NCBI RefSeq assembly: GCF_035594765.1 | Contig: NC_085846.1 | Coordinates: 18,029,190-18,093,189, forward strand | Direction of reading: 5' to 3' | DNA from: Anolis carolinensis | Lineage: Eukaryota | DNA length: 64,000 nucleotides | Part shown: positions 1 through 14,062 of the stretch, piece by piece | Numbering within the stretch: position 1 is the stretch's first letter | Layout of the letters: the number at the start of each line of letters is the position of its first letter | Position numbers and translations under genes: made by a program | The notes under the pieces: model-generated | What the model was told of the DNA's origin: nothing | The model's database searches: none | What the model saw: the letters and a program-made list of their open reading frames with translations, nothing else

Positions 1-2912
1 GTTCATCTTTGCATCACCATAAATTGGAAATAGCAAATTACCGGTAACCAACCAGCAATACTTGTAGGAATCCTGCACAATAGAGTTAATACAGAGTACA
101 ATCCAAAAGATAGATTAGCACACAATGGAACAAGACCATGCAAACAAATTGAAGTGAAAGCAAATCTCAACAGATTTAGAACTATAAAATGAAAAATGGA
201 GTGTTTGGTGGGGAACTTTCCATTTCCTTTGCCTCGATGGGCTGAATGTGTATCATCATCCCCAGCTTGCGTGGACGTACTGGCAGGAGTGATGACAGTT
301 CTAGTCCAACGCCCCTGAAGGATATCAGGTAAAGAAAGGCTGCTTGCTGCAACATTTCCCCATTTTCTCATAGTTCCCAAATGATGCTGCCTTTTTCCTA
401 GCTATGCCTGGCAGGCTGTTATGTGTCCTTCCCTCTCCTTCCACCTCCGCCCTTCCAGCTTTTAACCATCCTGCCAAGGAATCTTGGACTGCTTCGCATT
501 AAAGAAAAGAAAGAAATGAACCAATCTACTGACAGCACTTTTGTCTTCAGTGCTGGTGGAAAAGCAATTTGAAAGGGGGAGGGATGTGTAGGATGGGGAC
601 GGCGAGCTGCAGATGTAGAGAGGGGGACACATGTGTTTGCAGTTAACTCAGGCAGACTGAAGAGGAAAAGGCAAGCAACAGCAAGCGGCAGCATCATCAT
701 CCAAGCCATGGGGAGGTGCAGAAGGACAAATCCAAGATCTGTTCAACTCCACAAGATGCTACAGTATGGAAAGCAGTCCCCCTCGCTTTCTAGTTCCCAC
801 AAAAGTTATTTTTCCAAGAAAATTCAAAATACAAAAACCATAGTTACAAACTTTTATGAGCCATTGAGGTTTCTGAGGAACAGGATCTCCTAGCAAACCT
901 ATTCTGGGGTGTATGTTGGCCATGCAGCAAAATCCAACAAAATCCACAAAAGAACGGTGCCTGCATTGGCTAAGCAAAATGCACTAAATGCATCATACAA
1001 ACCTTCAAAGCGTCACAGGCTTCTTCATCAGGCAAAGATGTTAAAAATCATACTGGAGAGAAATGGTGAGGATGTTAAAGTCACAAGCTACATTCTATCT
1101 GAAATGTTGTCAGCTAAAAAAGTTTACAGGAATTTTAATGCAGGCAGAGGCCACTCCTTTTATTGGCCATATGGAGACCAGAGGCAATGGGCAATAAAAG
1201 ACAGGTAATACAATATCAACCCCATTAGCTCTTGGCAGGAGAAACTTGATTCCTGATGTGACTTTTTTTTTTGTTTTTTTGTGCTCCTGAAGCAAACATT
1301 GCCAACTCGCCTCAAATGCTGGGCATTGCAGTTTAACACATCTGGAATGATCATGTTGGGGAGAGGGGTTTGCATAGTAATACTTTATGTAAGCACATGA
1401 AGTATACTGACATAAAGATAGAGGCTGAGTATCCCTTATCTGGAATTGGAAAATACTTCAAAATCTAAAATTGGCCACCTGGATGGCTGAAACAGGGGCA
1501 CTTTTGCTTTCTGACAGTTCAATGGATTTGTGTCCCATCTTCATCGTATATGTATATGCAGCTATAGATAATATACCAAAATACAAAAAACTTCACAATC
1601 CAAAGCAATTCTGATCCCAAGCATTTTGGATAATGGATACCCAATCTGTATATTCAGTTCATACTTCATAACTTGTTGGTGTTTTCTACATTCAACCAGG
1701 GAATTGATTTCATGTACTTTCTGCTATGAGACTGTTCAAGAAGATGCTTAGGAATGGCACTTCCCCTTTGCTAGCCCTCCCTCACCATCCCAGTCTGCTT
1801 GAAACTCCAGATGTCTCACAACGGGGAGGAGATACAGAACTGATAGCTCTTTGCAATTTGGAGTCCTAGAAAGTGTTGTTTAGCTTAAATGAGGAAAGGA
1901 AGAAACAACTTGAGTTGTGTAATTCACTGGGCTTCCAACCAGCAAATTGGGACAACCAAAGAGGAAAAAACAGGCTTTGAGCAGCAGCAAAGTCATTTCC
2001 TTTGTGTAATCAGAAACATTTCTTTGATGTGCCGTATATGATATCATGCTCACTGGGGTCCCTTCTATACTGCCATATAATCCAGATTGTCTGCTTTGAA
2101 CTGGATTATATGGTAATGTAGATTCATATAATCCAATTCAAATCAGATAATCTGGATTATCTTCTTTGATGATCTGGACTATATTGCACTGTAGACAGTG
2201 CCTAAAAGGGGCCTTTCTTGAATCCTAGTGTATGTCATGAGTGTTTTTACATTTATGATTCTTCAGCACTACTCAATTCTGTTCTACTACCAATAAAGGA
2301 TGAAATATGACTGTCTTCATAAAGTAGTGAATATTGCAATTTTGTACCAAAAGCTTGCCCACCCAAGGACAACCCAAATATCCACAGGACCAGGATGCAC
2401 AGTTATCCACGTCTGACAAAATATGTCCTTGCTAGGCATTTTCTACGGTAGGTTCTGCTGCATGAATGAATGAAACTGAGGATATTGATTCCCATGGATA
2501 TGGGGGTTGTACGGTAGGTTGGTAGGCAGATAGAATCAAACCTCTGTGCGTTTTACATGGGGAAAGATCACAATCTGGTTCCCATGTTCTTCTGCTTGAG
2601 GAGCCATGGGATTTGGTGGAATTCAAAATATTTCATCATACCAAACTAAAGCGAAGTTGTGCTATTTTGGCAAAGTTTTCTTTTTTGTCAAAGTTACTTG
2701 GCCAGGTTGGCTGGAGGAATCTTAGGGCCCTTCCACACAACCATATAACCCAGAATAGCAAGGCAGAATAACCCACAGTATCTGCCACTGCCATATATCC
2801 CAGTTCAAAGTGGATAATGTGGGATTTTATTCAACTGTGTGGAAGGGGCCTGAGACTGTAATCCTAAAAATAATGCTCCCAGCCAGTGATGCCAGCAGAA
2901 TACCTCTTATAC

Positions 2913-3620
2913 CAGGGGTCCCCAAACTAAGGCCCGGGGGCCGAATGCGGCCCTCCAAGGTCATTTACCTGGCCCCCGCCCTCAGTTTTATAATATAATA
3001 TTTTTATATAAGTTTTAATAATATAATATATTGTATATACATATAATCTTGATTATAATATTATAATGTTATACAATATAATACTAATAATAATACCATA
3101 TAATAATATTAATTATATGTTATATATTACATATAATATTACAGTATAGTGGTATAGTTCAATATAGTAATACATAATGCTAATATTGTGCTATGTTAAT
3201 AATATAATATATTGTATGTACATACAGCTGATCTGAGTCCCCTTCGGGGTGAGAAGGTTGGGATATAAATGTAGTAAATAAAGGTAGTAAATAAATAAAT
3301 AATTTTAGACTTAGGCTCGCCCAAAGTCTGAAATGACTTGAAGGCACACAACAACAACAACAATCCTAATTAACCTGACTATCTCATTGGCCAGAAGCAG
3401 GCCCACACTTTCCATTGAAATCCTGATAGGTTTATGTTGGTTAAAATTGTTTTCATTTTTAAATATTGTATTGTTCTTTGTTATTGTTGTATTGCACTAT
3501 AAATAAGACATATGCAGTGTGCATAGGAATTCGTATTTTTTTTTCAAATGATAATTTGGCCCCTCAACAATCTGAAGGATTGTGGACCGGCCCTCTGCTT
3601 CAAAAGTTTGGGGACCCCTG
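2913..3620. mobile_element. Non-autonomous hAT transposon with AT-rich interior and captured retroelement tails
   Basis: TIRs CAGGGGTCCCCAAACT/AGTTTGGGGACCCCTG and an exact 8-bp TSD TCTTATAC. Confidence 0.9.
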
Positions 3621-5049
3621 TCTTATACATTGGCAGAATACTGGCCAGAAAAGCTATTCATACATAAAAATAACCAAAACAGGGCAGAGGTGTGGATGCA
3701 ATGGGGGTAACGAAACGGAAAAGCCCACTTGCACCTTATCCGATCCTCCCCCAGATTACAACTACATCACCCTTCAAGCTTCACACCCAACCAAGGCCAT
3801 GCACAGATAATTTCTGTGCTATTGATTTCCATTGGAAGGAACAAGGAAACCGCCATCTTCATATGAATGACTTTCCAACCACATTGCTATTAGGCAAGTG
3901 TAGTATAACTCAGCCCCTGATCATAATAAAACAACACAATGCAAATCCTGTTGCAATATAACAGCACCCTCCCCAGCTTTTCCTTCAAAGAGAGGGCAAT
4001 AGTACCATTGGCTATGTCAAGCTATATCAAAGATTTAAGACCTGCTCATGGTAAAGTTTTCACCTTTCAAGACCAAGCTATCTGAAAACACTTGGGATTA
4101 TAACAGGGATAGGTCATACTAATGTACTCTTGCAGAGAAAATCCACCCACAATTCAACAACAGAAAGTATCTAGAAGGCCACATGTTTCTAGTCGCTAGA
4201 GAAAAGCAAGTTAGCACTATATATGCAAAGTTGCAATGTAAACCACACAAATAGAGAAGTGGGTAAACATTTTTAGAGTGTGTGTGTCTCCCCTTGTCCA
4301 TACTCATGTCCATAAATAAATCTCTACTACATGCTGAGCTGCAAAGAACATATCCATGAGTGAATCCTATCCTCCTGGCTTTCCTGCCATAGATGATTAC
4401 CCTCCTTGTTTGACTCTGTCCTGCACCTTGGCTCTTTCAATGCCTTATATTTTCTTCATGCCAGGCACATTTTTGTAAACCAAAAACATGTTTTCCCCTT
4501 GTTTATTCTTTTTAAATAAATGTAATTTTTTCTAAAATTGTCGTCTTTCCTGGGAGGAGTTCCAGCCCACTGACCAAATCTGGGGTACATATTTATGCAT
4601 ATTCTCCCGAAGGCCTACAATATCCTTTTTGATGAAATGACCAGAACTGTAGATATCATTCCAAGTATGGGTACACCATATATTTGTATAACAGCATCAT
4701 ACTATGGGCAGTTTTATCTTTGACTCTTTTCATCATAATCCCTTAGCAAGGAATTTACTGTTGCTGGTATTTTTTACAGCTGTTGAGTACATTCGACCCT
4801 CTTTATCCACAGTTTCAACAAGAGAAAAAGAAATAGATTAACCCAGGCCCCTTCTACACTGCCATATAAAATCCAGATTATCTGCTTTGAACTGGTTTAT
4901 CTGGTAGTGTAAACTCATATAATCCAGTTCAAAGCAGATCATGTGGATGATCTGCTTTGAAAATCTGGATTATATGGCAGCGTAGAGGGCCCCCCAAATG
5001 TGCATTATATTAAAAACATACTTTGAACATTGAACTTGCTTTTACTTAC

Positions 5050-5175
5050 CAGTATATTGATCAAGACCATCTAAAGCAGTATATCCTCCCATTCAAATCT
5101 GCAGTGGAAATTGATCCCACTGCCTCCTCAGTCAAGATATTTCCTTCTCAAGAAACCACAGGTTGAACTGCTGCC
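5050..5175 (-). other. Putative exon of the same minus-strand gene; may start an ORF MGGYTALDGLDQYT-G at 5092
   Basis: Branch-point CTAAC and CAATAG acceptor; donor CTG|GTAAGT; ATG-to-donor distance 43 nt (phase 1). Confidence 0.35.
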
Positions 5176-6535
5176 TATTGAGTGACTGTTAGCATTATTA
5201 ACATTTCAGGGTTTCTCCCATGGACTACTGTAAGTACATGGATGCACGAGAGACAAATTGCTTGCATTTCTAAACACATTCTTTCTTCCAGGGTTTCAAC
5301 AAAAAAATCATAAGAATCCCTTATAAAAGAACTCAAAGTTTTGTCCTGCCACATCTGTTGCTTTTTTCTGCCTCCGGGGATGTGAGTGTATGTGCATGTT
5401 TGCCTGACAATCCCTCTATTCTCATTTCCCCATGGCCTCCGTGACCATATTAAACTCCTCTTCCCCTCCCAGCACTGAGATGCAGCTTTGAGATTTAATT
5501 TCATTTTGGCTCTAGATATTTTTTCCACAAGATGAAAAAAAAAAAGGAAAAAAGCGTGGAGGATAGTGGAGGCTGTCCCAGCTGGACTTGGCGTGAGAAA
5601 GGCTGAGGAGGATGGCTTGGGGTCCGCCTCTAAGGAAACAGCCTCCCTTTGCCTCAACTGGCTTCAGCGCCTTAGGTTTCCATCCAGAAAAGACAAGAAT
5701 TGGGAGGAAAATACAAAAAAAAGGGGTGGAATTGCCAGATTGCGGCTGTCTCCTTCTTTCCCACAATTGAGACTGCCTTGCCAATGTTGCTCCACTGCCT
5801 TCAACGTCTGCACAATTTTCCTCAAAGTCTTCTGAATGCATTACCAAAATGAGGGCGGGAACTACCTGGCACCTCAAGAAGCCATAACACGCCAAATGCC
5901 CCAGTTCCAATCCAACTAACTTGTTCCATTCATTCTGATGGGCTTGATATTTCTTCAGTTACCCTTTGGCACCATGACTTTCAGAATCATTGGGAAATTT
6001 TGGAAGTCAAGGTCCAAAGAAGTAACTATTCCCAATGCTAAGCTTAAACCATTACTAATTTTCCTTAGACACATATCTAGATGAGTGGTTTCCAAACTAT
6101 ACTCTTTCAGATGTTTTGGACTTCAGTAGACTTCAGCCTCAGCACATTTCTGGGGATTCTGGGATGTAAACCCTAGGAAACTCACTGAGTCACACTCTCT
6201 CAGCTTTAGAGGGAGACAAAGGCAACCTCCCACTGAACAAATCCTGACAAGAAAATCCTGTGATGGGGTTGCCATGAGCTGAAAATGATTTGAAGGCACA
6301 TAGCATATGCACATGAAGTCATCAACAGCTGGAGGGCCAAAGTTTGAGAATCACAACTGCTAGATCTTAAACTCTCTGAACAACTGCCCACTTGCTTACT
6401 TTGTAAAAACTTCCATCTATCCAGCACTTCCAATAGCATTACCATCCAAGCTCAAACAGCACATGTGTGATAAACAAACATGAGTTTCTCCAAACACCAC
6501 AAACATCAAAGATTTCAAATTTCACAAGTAAGAAT

Positions 6536-7177
6536 GGCCCCTTCTACACAGCTGTATAAAATCAAGATTATCTGGCTGTGTAGACTCAGATAATCCAGTT
6601 AAAAGTAGATAATGTAGATTATCTGACTTGATATTCTGGATTATATGGCCGAGTTGAAGAGCCCAGTGCATCTACACTGTCAAACGAATGCAGTTGGACA
6701 TCACTTTAAATGCCATGCCTCAATGCTATAAACCATAGGATTTGTCATTTTACAAGGTCTTTATCCTTAGCCAGAGATTGCTGTTCCTTCATCAAACTAC
6801 AAATTACAGGATTCAATTGAGACATGGTAGTTCAAGTGGTGTCCAACTGCATTAATTCAACAGTGTAGATGCACTCTTAGGCCCCTTCTACACTACCATA
6901 AAAAATCCAGATTATCTGTTTTGAACTGGATTATATAGCAGTGTAGACTCATATAGTCCCGTTCAAAGATAATACGGATTATCTGATCTGATAATTTGGA
7001 TTGTATGGCCATTAAGAAAGGGCCTCAGGCCCCTTCCACACAGCTGAATAAAATCTCACATTATCTGCTTTGAACTGGAATAATATGGCAGTGTGGACTC
7101 AGATAACCCAGTTCAAAGCAGATATTGTGGGATTTTCTGCCTTGATATTCTGGGTTATATGACTGTGTGGAAGGGCT
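6536..7177. mobile_element. Cluster of four adjacent short palindromic MITEs (two Harbinger-like families)
   Basis: GGCCCCTTCTACAC...GTGTAGAAGGGGCC-type and GTGCATCTACAC...GTGTAGATGCAC-type inverted ends, joined by TWA trinucleotides. Many more copies occur across the window (e.g. 2726, 4846, 10514, 11754, 19148, 22978, 37146, 42390, 44113, 60352). Confidence 0.7.
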
Positions 7178-8137
7178 CCCAGAGGTCCAGATCCATGCTT
7201 CCCCCTCTAAAATTCAAGCACAGCTTCACGCCACTGCCATCTATAGTCCATTAGATTTATGGCATTAGAAGCACAATACCCACCCACCCCCAATCAGCCA
7301 CGTCCCCACTAACTCTGTGTGAGTGTGTTTGTGTGTGTTTATAGTGCATATACTTTCACCAAATAACCATTCTGCTCTCTCTCCCTTTTTCTATCTTATC
7401 TCATAGGCTTACTGCAAAAATAAAATGTGGAGGAAAACATTGCCAATAAATGAAATCAAATACTACAAATCGCTCCAGCTTTTCAGGCACACATCCACAA
7501 CTGCAGCACATATCGTATCACGCTCACCCTCTCCTACAAATCATAGTTACAGCCACACCTATCAAATTCTGCCTGTGTCCTATGAAACAGGCCCCTTGTG
7601 ATACGAAATACACAATCCATGCAAACATATACATTCAAAATTGCCTGATTCTGACTCAGACTATCAGTCTATTCAGCTCAGAACCATCAACATGACTGAC
7701 AGATGCCTTCCAGGATTTTCCTTTGCCTTGTCTGAAGATGCCACTGAACCTGGAACTTGGGCATGAGTAGAATGGGCAGAGTGCCAGCTTTTCTTGCAGA
7801 GCAAACGTTCAGTTTTTGCCTTTTGTAAGATGGAAGAGAGGTGAATCCCTTCATTGCATCCCAATGTATGCCTTCTCATAAATGTGACACTTCCTTCCCA
7901 TACAGAAAGAACACTCTGCCATACACTTGGACCCAATCTAGTGTGACGAACATAGTGGGTTATCGTATTTTAAGTGTAGGACTCAGTGGAATTTAGTAAA
8001 TGCGACTATATAAATCCATACCCTGTATTACAGCCACTTCAGGGAACCCAACCCAACCCACTTCATTTTGGTTGATGCCACTCCATGCTTCACCCTTCTG
8101 CAAATCCCTATGGGACCAGCCTTTGAAAGAAACTTAC

Positions 8138-8156
8138 CCTCTGGAGGAGCTCCCAT
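8138..8156 (-). CDS. Putative alternative first coding exon (MGAPPE-G)
   Basis: Strong Kozak AAGATGG; 19 nt to consensus donor G|GTAAGT (phase 1). Confidence 0.4.
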
Positions 8157-9090
8157 CTTAACTTTATCCGTCTTCCCCTCTCTGTGTCCCAACGAAACAG
8201 AAGATGGCAACCCAGCCGCAAGTTGGATGTTTGGAGGGGGAAAACTGGGGCAGGTGCCAGAGAGAACTTAGCGCTTTCCCCCTGTTGCTGTCTTTCTCAC
8301 ATTCCCTCGCTTGCTAGTTCTCCATCCGTGCCTGCCCCACTCACTAATTCAGAGCACCTCCCTCTTACTAAAACTCTCTCCCGCTCACCCACCTAATGTA
8401 TTATTTGCTCACCCAAATCCATCCATGTCTAGCCTAATCTGCTTGCTTGCCTTCCACCTTTCTATCAATCTACAAATACTCTTTCCTTCCCTGTTCTATT
8501 TTTCCTTCTGGATTGTATTTCGCTGGACTGTCCTTAGAATTTGTTCCTCTCCTTCTGTCCCATAGACCGTTCCCTTCCTCTCCTCAGTCAACCTTTCCTC
8601 ATCAGAATTCAGCCCGATGCCTCCATTCTACTTGCATTTACTCAGAAGTAAATACAGCTGAGTCCAGTGGGATGTACTGCCAACAGTGCAATAAAGAATC
8701 TTGTGATTCCTTAAGGACCAACAGATTTATGGTGGCTTATGCCCCAATAAGTCTGTTAGTCTTTAAACAGCCACAAGGCTCTATTGTTTCCGATTACAAT
8801 GAATTTGTGCTGCTACTGCTCTGGAATTTGTCCCATGTTAAGTCTCCAGGGAGGCATGAAGATAGTTATACCAAAATTACTACTTTGCATCATCTTTTCT
8901 CTACTCCAGTCAAAAGTATGATTAAGTAACGATGAATTGTCTTTCTTACTATTGACATGTCTTTCTCTAGGCACGGTCTCCCTTTGCCTAAGGTAGACTG
9001 TCCCATGCATTTGTCGTTATTCTGTTTTTTTTTCAAGCCCACAAAGTTTATTCTTCTTTCATTGCATAATACTTCCATAGCATAATACTA

Positions 9091-9345
9091 GGAGCCCCCG
9101 GTGGCGCAATAGGTTAAACCCTTGTGCTGGCAGGACTGCTGACTGAAAGGTCGACAGTTCAAAACTGGGGAGTGGGTGAGCTCCTGTTTGTCAGCTCCAG
9201 CTTCCCATGCAAGGACACGAGAGAAGCCTCCCACAGGATAGTAAAACATCCAGGCGTCCCCTGGGCAACGTCCTTGCAGACGGACAATTCTCTCACACCA
9301 GAAGCGACTTGCAGTTTCTCAAGTTGCTCCTGAGGCAGAAAAAAA
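9091..9345 (+). mobile_element. tRNA-derived Anolis-type SINE
   Basis: GGAGCCCCCGGTGGCGCA head, A tail, TSD ATAGCATAATACT on both sides. Confidence 0.8.
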
Positions 9346-9974
9346 TAGCATAATACTTATTCTAGTTGTACAGACAAATGCTTGTGCTCCTGGTACCTTT
9401 CAAGTGCAAACAAAGATTTCCCATCTTTCACTCTTTCATCCTAAAAAGGAAATAACGCAGTCGCAATGCCCATTGTACATCTGATACTGAAAATTAGAGC
9501 CTTGCTCACAACTGAGAGTCCACCTACACTGTTGAACTAATGCAGTTTGATACCATTTTCACAGCCAGGGCTCAATGCTACCAATCATGAAATTTGTAGT
9601 TTGGTGAGGCACCAGTGCTTTTTTGCAGAGAAGACTAAAAACTTTGTAAAACTATCACTCCCAGGATTCCATAACATCATGCCACAGCAGTTAAAGTGGT
9701 GTCAAACTACATTAATTCCACATGTAAATACAAATTGAGTATAATGTTAAACCCACAATGATATGAACCAACACAACTTGTTTTTTCCAAAGCACCGTTC
9801 CTATATAGCACATATGGTCAGTTCTCCGCTTTTTCATTGCCTTCTTTTTCATATAGCTCAGCTTTACATCCACTGCTCTTTTGCTTACTTCCTGTCACAT
9901 CCTTTCTCCGTTGGTGTTTTCACGTGTTCTCTCTTGCTTGCAGCATACCCCATACATGCATCCATTTAACTCAC

Positions 9975-10014
9975 CCTTTCCCCCTTTCTCCTTTCCTTCA
10001 GCTTTTTCCTTCAT
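9975..10014 (-). CDS. Putative first coding exon (MKEKAEGKEKGGK-G) of an unidentified gene running off the left edge
   Basis: Good Kozak AGGATGA; 40 nt to a strong donor G|GTGAGT (phase 1). Confidence 0.35.
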
Positions 10015-10473
10015 CCTGCTGTTGCTGCTGCTACCACCGACTCCAGTTGAAAAGAACCCAAATCTGGAAAAGGGGTTGAAGCTGATAGAAGATGGATTTA
10101 GGCCTGGAAAATTCCTGGCTGGGGAATGTCAAACTTCAGACTGAAAGAGAGTGGGAAAAGGGGAGGGGGACTCTTGACACACACATATGTTCTGGTTAAC
10201 CCCTTCTGACTAAGCCATCAGTTCCCATTCAAGCTGCCTCACAATCCCAAGACTTGTTGCCGAGAAAGTCAAGAGCTGCCTTCCCCTCGGCGGGCATAAT
10301 GTTGTCTCCTACGTGCCAAGCGGGCACATTCCTGGCCACTCCACACCCTGACAGCTGCCACAGCTGCACCCCTGGATCTCTTCCAAAATCTGGGGGAGCG
10401 CGGCTTTCTATTCCAAGAGGACGACATCGTGTACATATGGGCAACGGATGCCAAACATTTTGCTAAAACAGAG

Positions 10474-10475
<2 letters not shown>

Positions 10476-10512
<37 letters not shown>
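10476..10512. repeat. (GT)n microsatellite
   Basis: About 18 perfect GT units. Confidence 0.95.
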
Positions 10513-10515
<3 letters not shown>

Positions 10516-12908
10516 CCCCTACTACACTGCCATATGATCCAGATTATCAGATAACCCACACTATCTTCTTTGAACTGGATTATATGAGTCTACACTGCCA
10601 CATAATCCAGTTCACAGCAGATAATATGGATTTTATATGGCAGTGTAGAAGGAGCCTGAGTTTATCATCAACATAGTCATAGAATCCATAGAAGTTAGAA
10701 AACACCCCAAGGGCTATCCCGTCCAACCCCCTGCCATGCAGGAAAACACAATCAAAGAACTCCTGACAGATGGCCATCCAGCCTCTGCTTAAAAGCTTCC
10801 AGAGAAGGAGACTCCATTATGCTCTGAGGCAACATATTTCACTGCCGAACTGCTCTTGCTGACAGGAAGTTCCTCCTAATGTTTAGGTACTCAGGGACTA
10901 AGCATGCACCTTCAGCAGGAATGTAAAGCCCTACTGGAAATATCCCACAAGTAACTTTACTGGGGGGGAAACCTACTACAATTACATCAGCCTATTTGTA
11001 CAAGAGAAAGGAGATTGGTCAGTAAAGATGGCATCAATTAACACTGGGCAACATACATTTTGTTGCCCAAATGCTAGACCTGTTTCTGGGTATATTTTAC
11101 TTGCCTATTACAAAAATGGCACCAGTTTTCCCCTATCACCTCTAGTTTTTAAGATAAAGAGCATACGCCATATACCAGTTGCCATCTGCTCACCCATAGA
11201 AAACCATGATAACATCTAAGAAGCTAGAACCGATACGATCTATCCAATGCAATTTTCTGAATCAGCATCCCAAATAAGTCCAGGAACAGCCCTAAAAACC
11301 AGGAGACAAAGGGGGTTTTTTTGTTCAGCTGTTCTTTGTAATAATTTCTGTGTTTTTCAATTTAGTCCATGTTTATCTACTGTGTGTATTTTTAGTTATT
11401 GTTGCTAAAACTGAGGAAAGGAAGAAAGGATTAAGGCATCTGAAACATTGTAAATAAAGAGGAAACAATTTATAAGAAAGGAAAGAGCAGAAGCAACCAG
11501 TTCCAGGGTTTTCCAAACCTCTCACTCAAAGCACTGACTGCTATCAGCAAATACTGACCACATTCATAAGGACTAGGCACCTACAGTATTTAAACAAAAT
11601 TCCTTATTAAGACCTAGGGGACACATAAGAGTTGGCGCTCCAAGTTTGAGGTTTGGACTTTTGGAGATTTGACTGTTCATGCATCTGATTCAACTTTTCT
11701 ATCTAGGAATTTTAGTGTTCCCCAATGTTTTTCCGGTCACACTGGATGACCTTGGGCCCTTCCAGGATCTGATACCAGGTTTTCTGCTTTAAACTGGATT
11801 ATATGAGTCCGCAATGACAAATAATCTGGAATAAAGAGAAAACCTGAGATCAGATCCTGGAATATAGGGCCTGTCTGGAAGGGCCCCTAGAGATTGCTAA
11901 AGAGATGCTCCCTTAGGTGAAAAAATAGCAAATTCTGTTTTTCACAACACAAAGAGTTCTGTGTCTCTAGTCCAGCAAATGTGGAGGGCTCCCTATATAT
12001 ATCAGCAAGATGACCAATATATAGAACATACACCAGTGCCTCCAAATAGCAAATTCTATAAATCTTCAAAAACTACCTCTAGCTATGACAACCCACTCTG
12101 TCTGTGTTGATCATTATACTTGAGAAATCAGAAGAAAGCCAGGAGTCAACCTCATACTATCCCCACATAAAGAAACTAGAGGTGGAAGTGCTGCTTCGGC
12201 TTTCTCCATTCCACATCTTCTGTTTGGGCCAAGTCTATAAATATCCCCTATATCTGACTCCCACAACCATGTCGCCTGGCTCAGCCTCTGGGGGAAGGAA
12301 TTCATGAACAATCTATTTTGAGGGCATATCTAGTTTCAATCGCTGCCATTTTGGTCTAGGAAGGTGGGCTTCTTCAAAGATGAAAAAGAAAGTTTTCTTA
12401 TTTTAGCCTAGATCAGGAATTCTCAGAAAGTTAATGACGTTTGAAATTTCCTGGAATATCCCCCCGAAATTTTTCCTAGGAATGAGATGAAGAAAAAGTA
12501 GAAAGGAGTGAGCAGCTTGTGCAAAGTGAAAGGCATTTCAATTCCAGACAGAGTTTTTATATTGGGGTCATAGGCTTCTCAGTGCTGGACATTCTACAAC
12601 CTGGATATAGCTAGTAGAAATGCTTTCTTGTTGGGAGGTTTCCAAGATGTGAGGGCAGCTGTGTTCGTTTCTACTTCATGCCTTTAGAATGAGCTGGTCT
12701 GCTGCAATTGGGCACCTTCTGCTGGGTACAGTGGTTGGCATTCAAGATGGAAACTCAGCAAGCCTCTCTCAGCACCATCTGCCAAACCTTCGCAGCCATT
12801 GTGGGAAGACTCTGAAAACCAAATGCGAAATATAAAGTTAATGTATGCATTCTACCCAAAGATTTTAACTTAACAGCATCACTATTCTAAAGTAATTTCA
12901 ACCCAGAT

Positions 12909-13204
12909 GCTGACCTTGCAGACCGAAAGGTCCCAGGTTCAAATCCGGAGAGCGGAGTGAGCACATGCTGTTAGCTCCAGCTTCTGCCAACCTAGCAGTT
13001 CTAAAACATGCAAATGTGAGTAGATCAATAGGTACTGCTCCAGCGGGAATGTAACGACGTTCCATGCAGTCATGCCGACCACATTACCTTGGAGGTATCT
13101 ACGGACAATGCCAGCTCTTCGGCTTAGAAATGGAGATGAGCACCAACCCCCAGAGTCAGACACAACTGGACTTAACGTCAGGGGAAAACCTTTACCTTTA
13201 CCTT
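12909..13204 (+). mobile_element. Sauria SINE
   Basis: Characteristic body (CTAGCAGTTC..AACATGCAAATGTGAGTAGATCAATAGGTAC) and (ACCTTT)n tail. Confidence 0.85.
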
Positions 13205-13399
13205 TTACTGTTGCCTTAGGTTTCCCCCTTCCCTTGGATCATAGCTAGAATGCTCTTAGTAGCCGAAGGGGAAAGGGTGGACTTTCTCAGCCACAAAGTA
13301 TTGTTGTGATGTGTTTCTTCTCTTATTAAAAGTATTTAACAATAGTTTGGCTCCAAATGAGCAAGCAACGCCCATTAGCTTTAGAAAAGACATGCAACT

Positions 13400-14062
13400 A
13401 GAATTGCTTTGTAGCCATCAATAGGATTTAGAAGTTTTCGTAGACCACAAAGTGATTATTAGTCAACAGAGGGATGTGATAGTTTAAAAAGCCAATGTGA
13501 TTCTATGCTGCATCAATGAGAATATAGTATCTAGATTGCTGAAAGTAATAGTAGCACTCTGTTGTGCTTTGGACACACCTCATCTGGAATCCACAATTCT
13601 GGACACCACAATTCAAGAAGGACATTGACCCATTGGAAGATGTCCAGAGAAGGGTGACCAAAATGGTCAAAACTCTAGAAGCCAAATCCTATGAGGAGTG
13701 GCTTAGGGATCTCAGTATGTTTAGCTTGCCGAAGAGAAGGTTAAATGGGGTCATGATAGCCATCTTTAAATATCTGAAAGCATGTCATACTGAAGTTGGA
13801 GCAAGCTTGTTTTCTGCTGCTTTAGAGACTAGGACATGGAGCAATGGATTCAAACTAAAGGAAAAGAGATTTCACCTAAACATCCTGATGATAAAGGCAT
13901 TTGATATCAAAATATGTTGCCTCCGACTACAGCCAAATTTCCTTCTCTGGACGTTTTTAAACAGAGGCTGGATATCCATTTGTCAGGAGTGTTTTAATTG
14001 AGTCTTCCTATTGGCAAGAGGTTGGACTAGATGGCCCTTGAGGTCTCTTCCAACTCTATGAT
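13400..14062 (+). mobile_element. CR1 LINE 3' fragment
   Basis: ORF 13564-14001 (QFWTPQFKKDID.LEDVQRR.TKMV..LE...YEE.LR.L.MFSL.KRRL) and the CR1 3' end GGTCTCTTCCAACTCTATGATT. Confidence 0.9.

Noticed and set aside
286-792. Possible plus-strand exon pair (286-328 and 652-792) giving LRGRTGRSDD...KAVPLAF*
   Set aside because: Weak acceptors, no recognisable homology, and it conflicts with better minus-strand exon signals nearby.
10229-10470. Moderately CpG-rich stretch with ORFs on both strands
   Set aside because: No coherent splice or ORF model; more likely promoter or 5' UTR sequence of the minus-strand gene.
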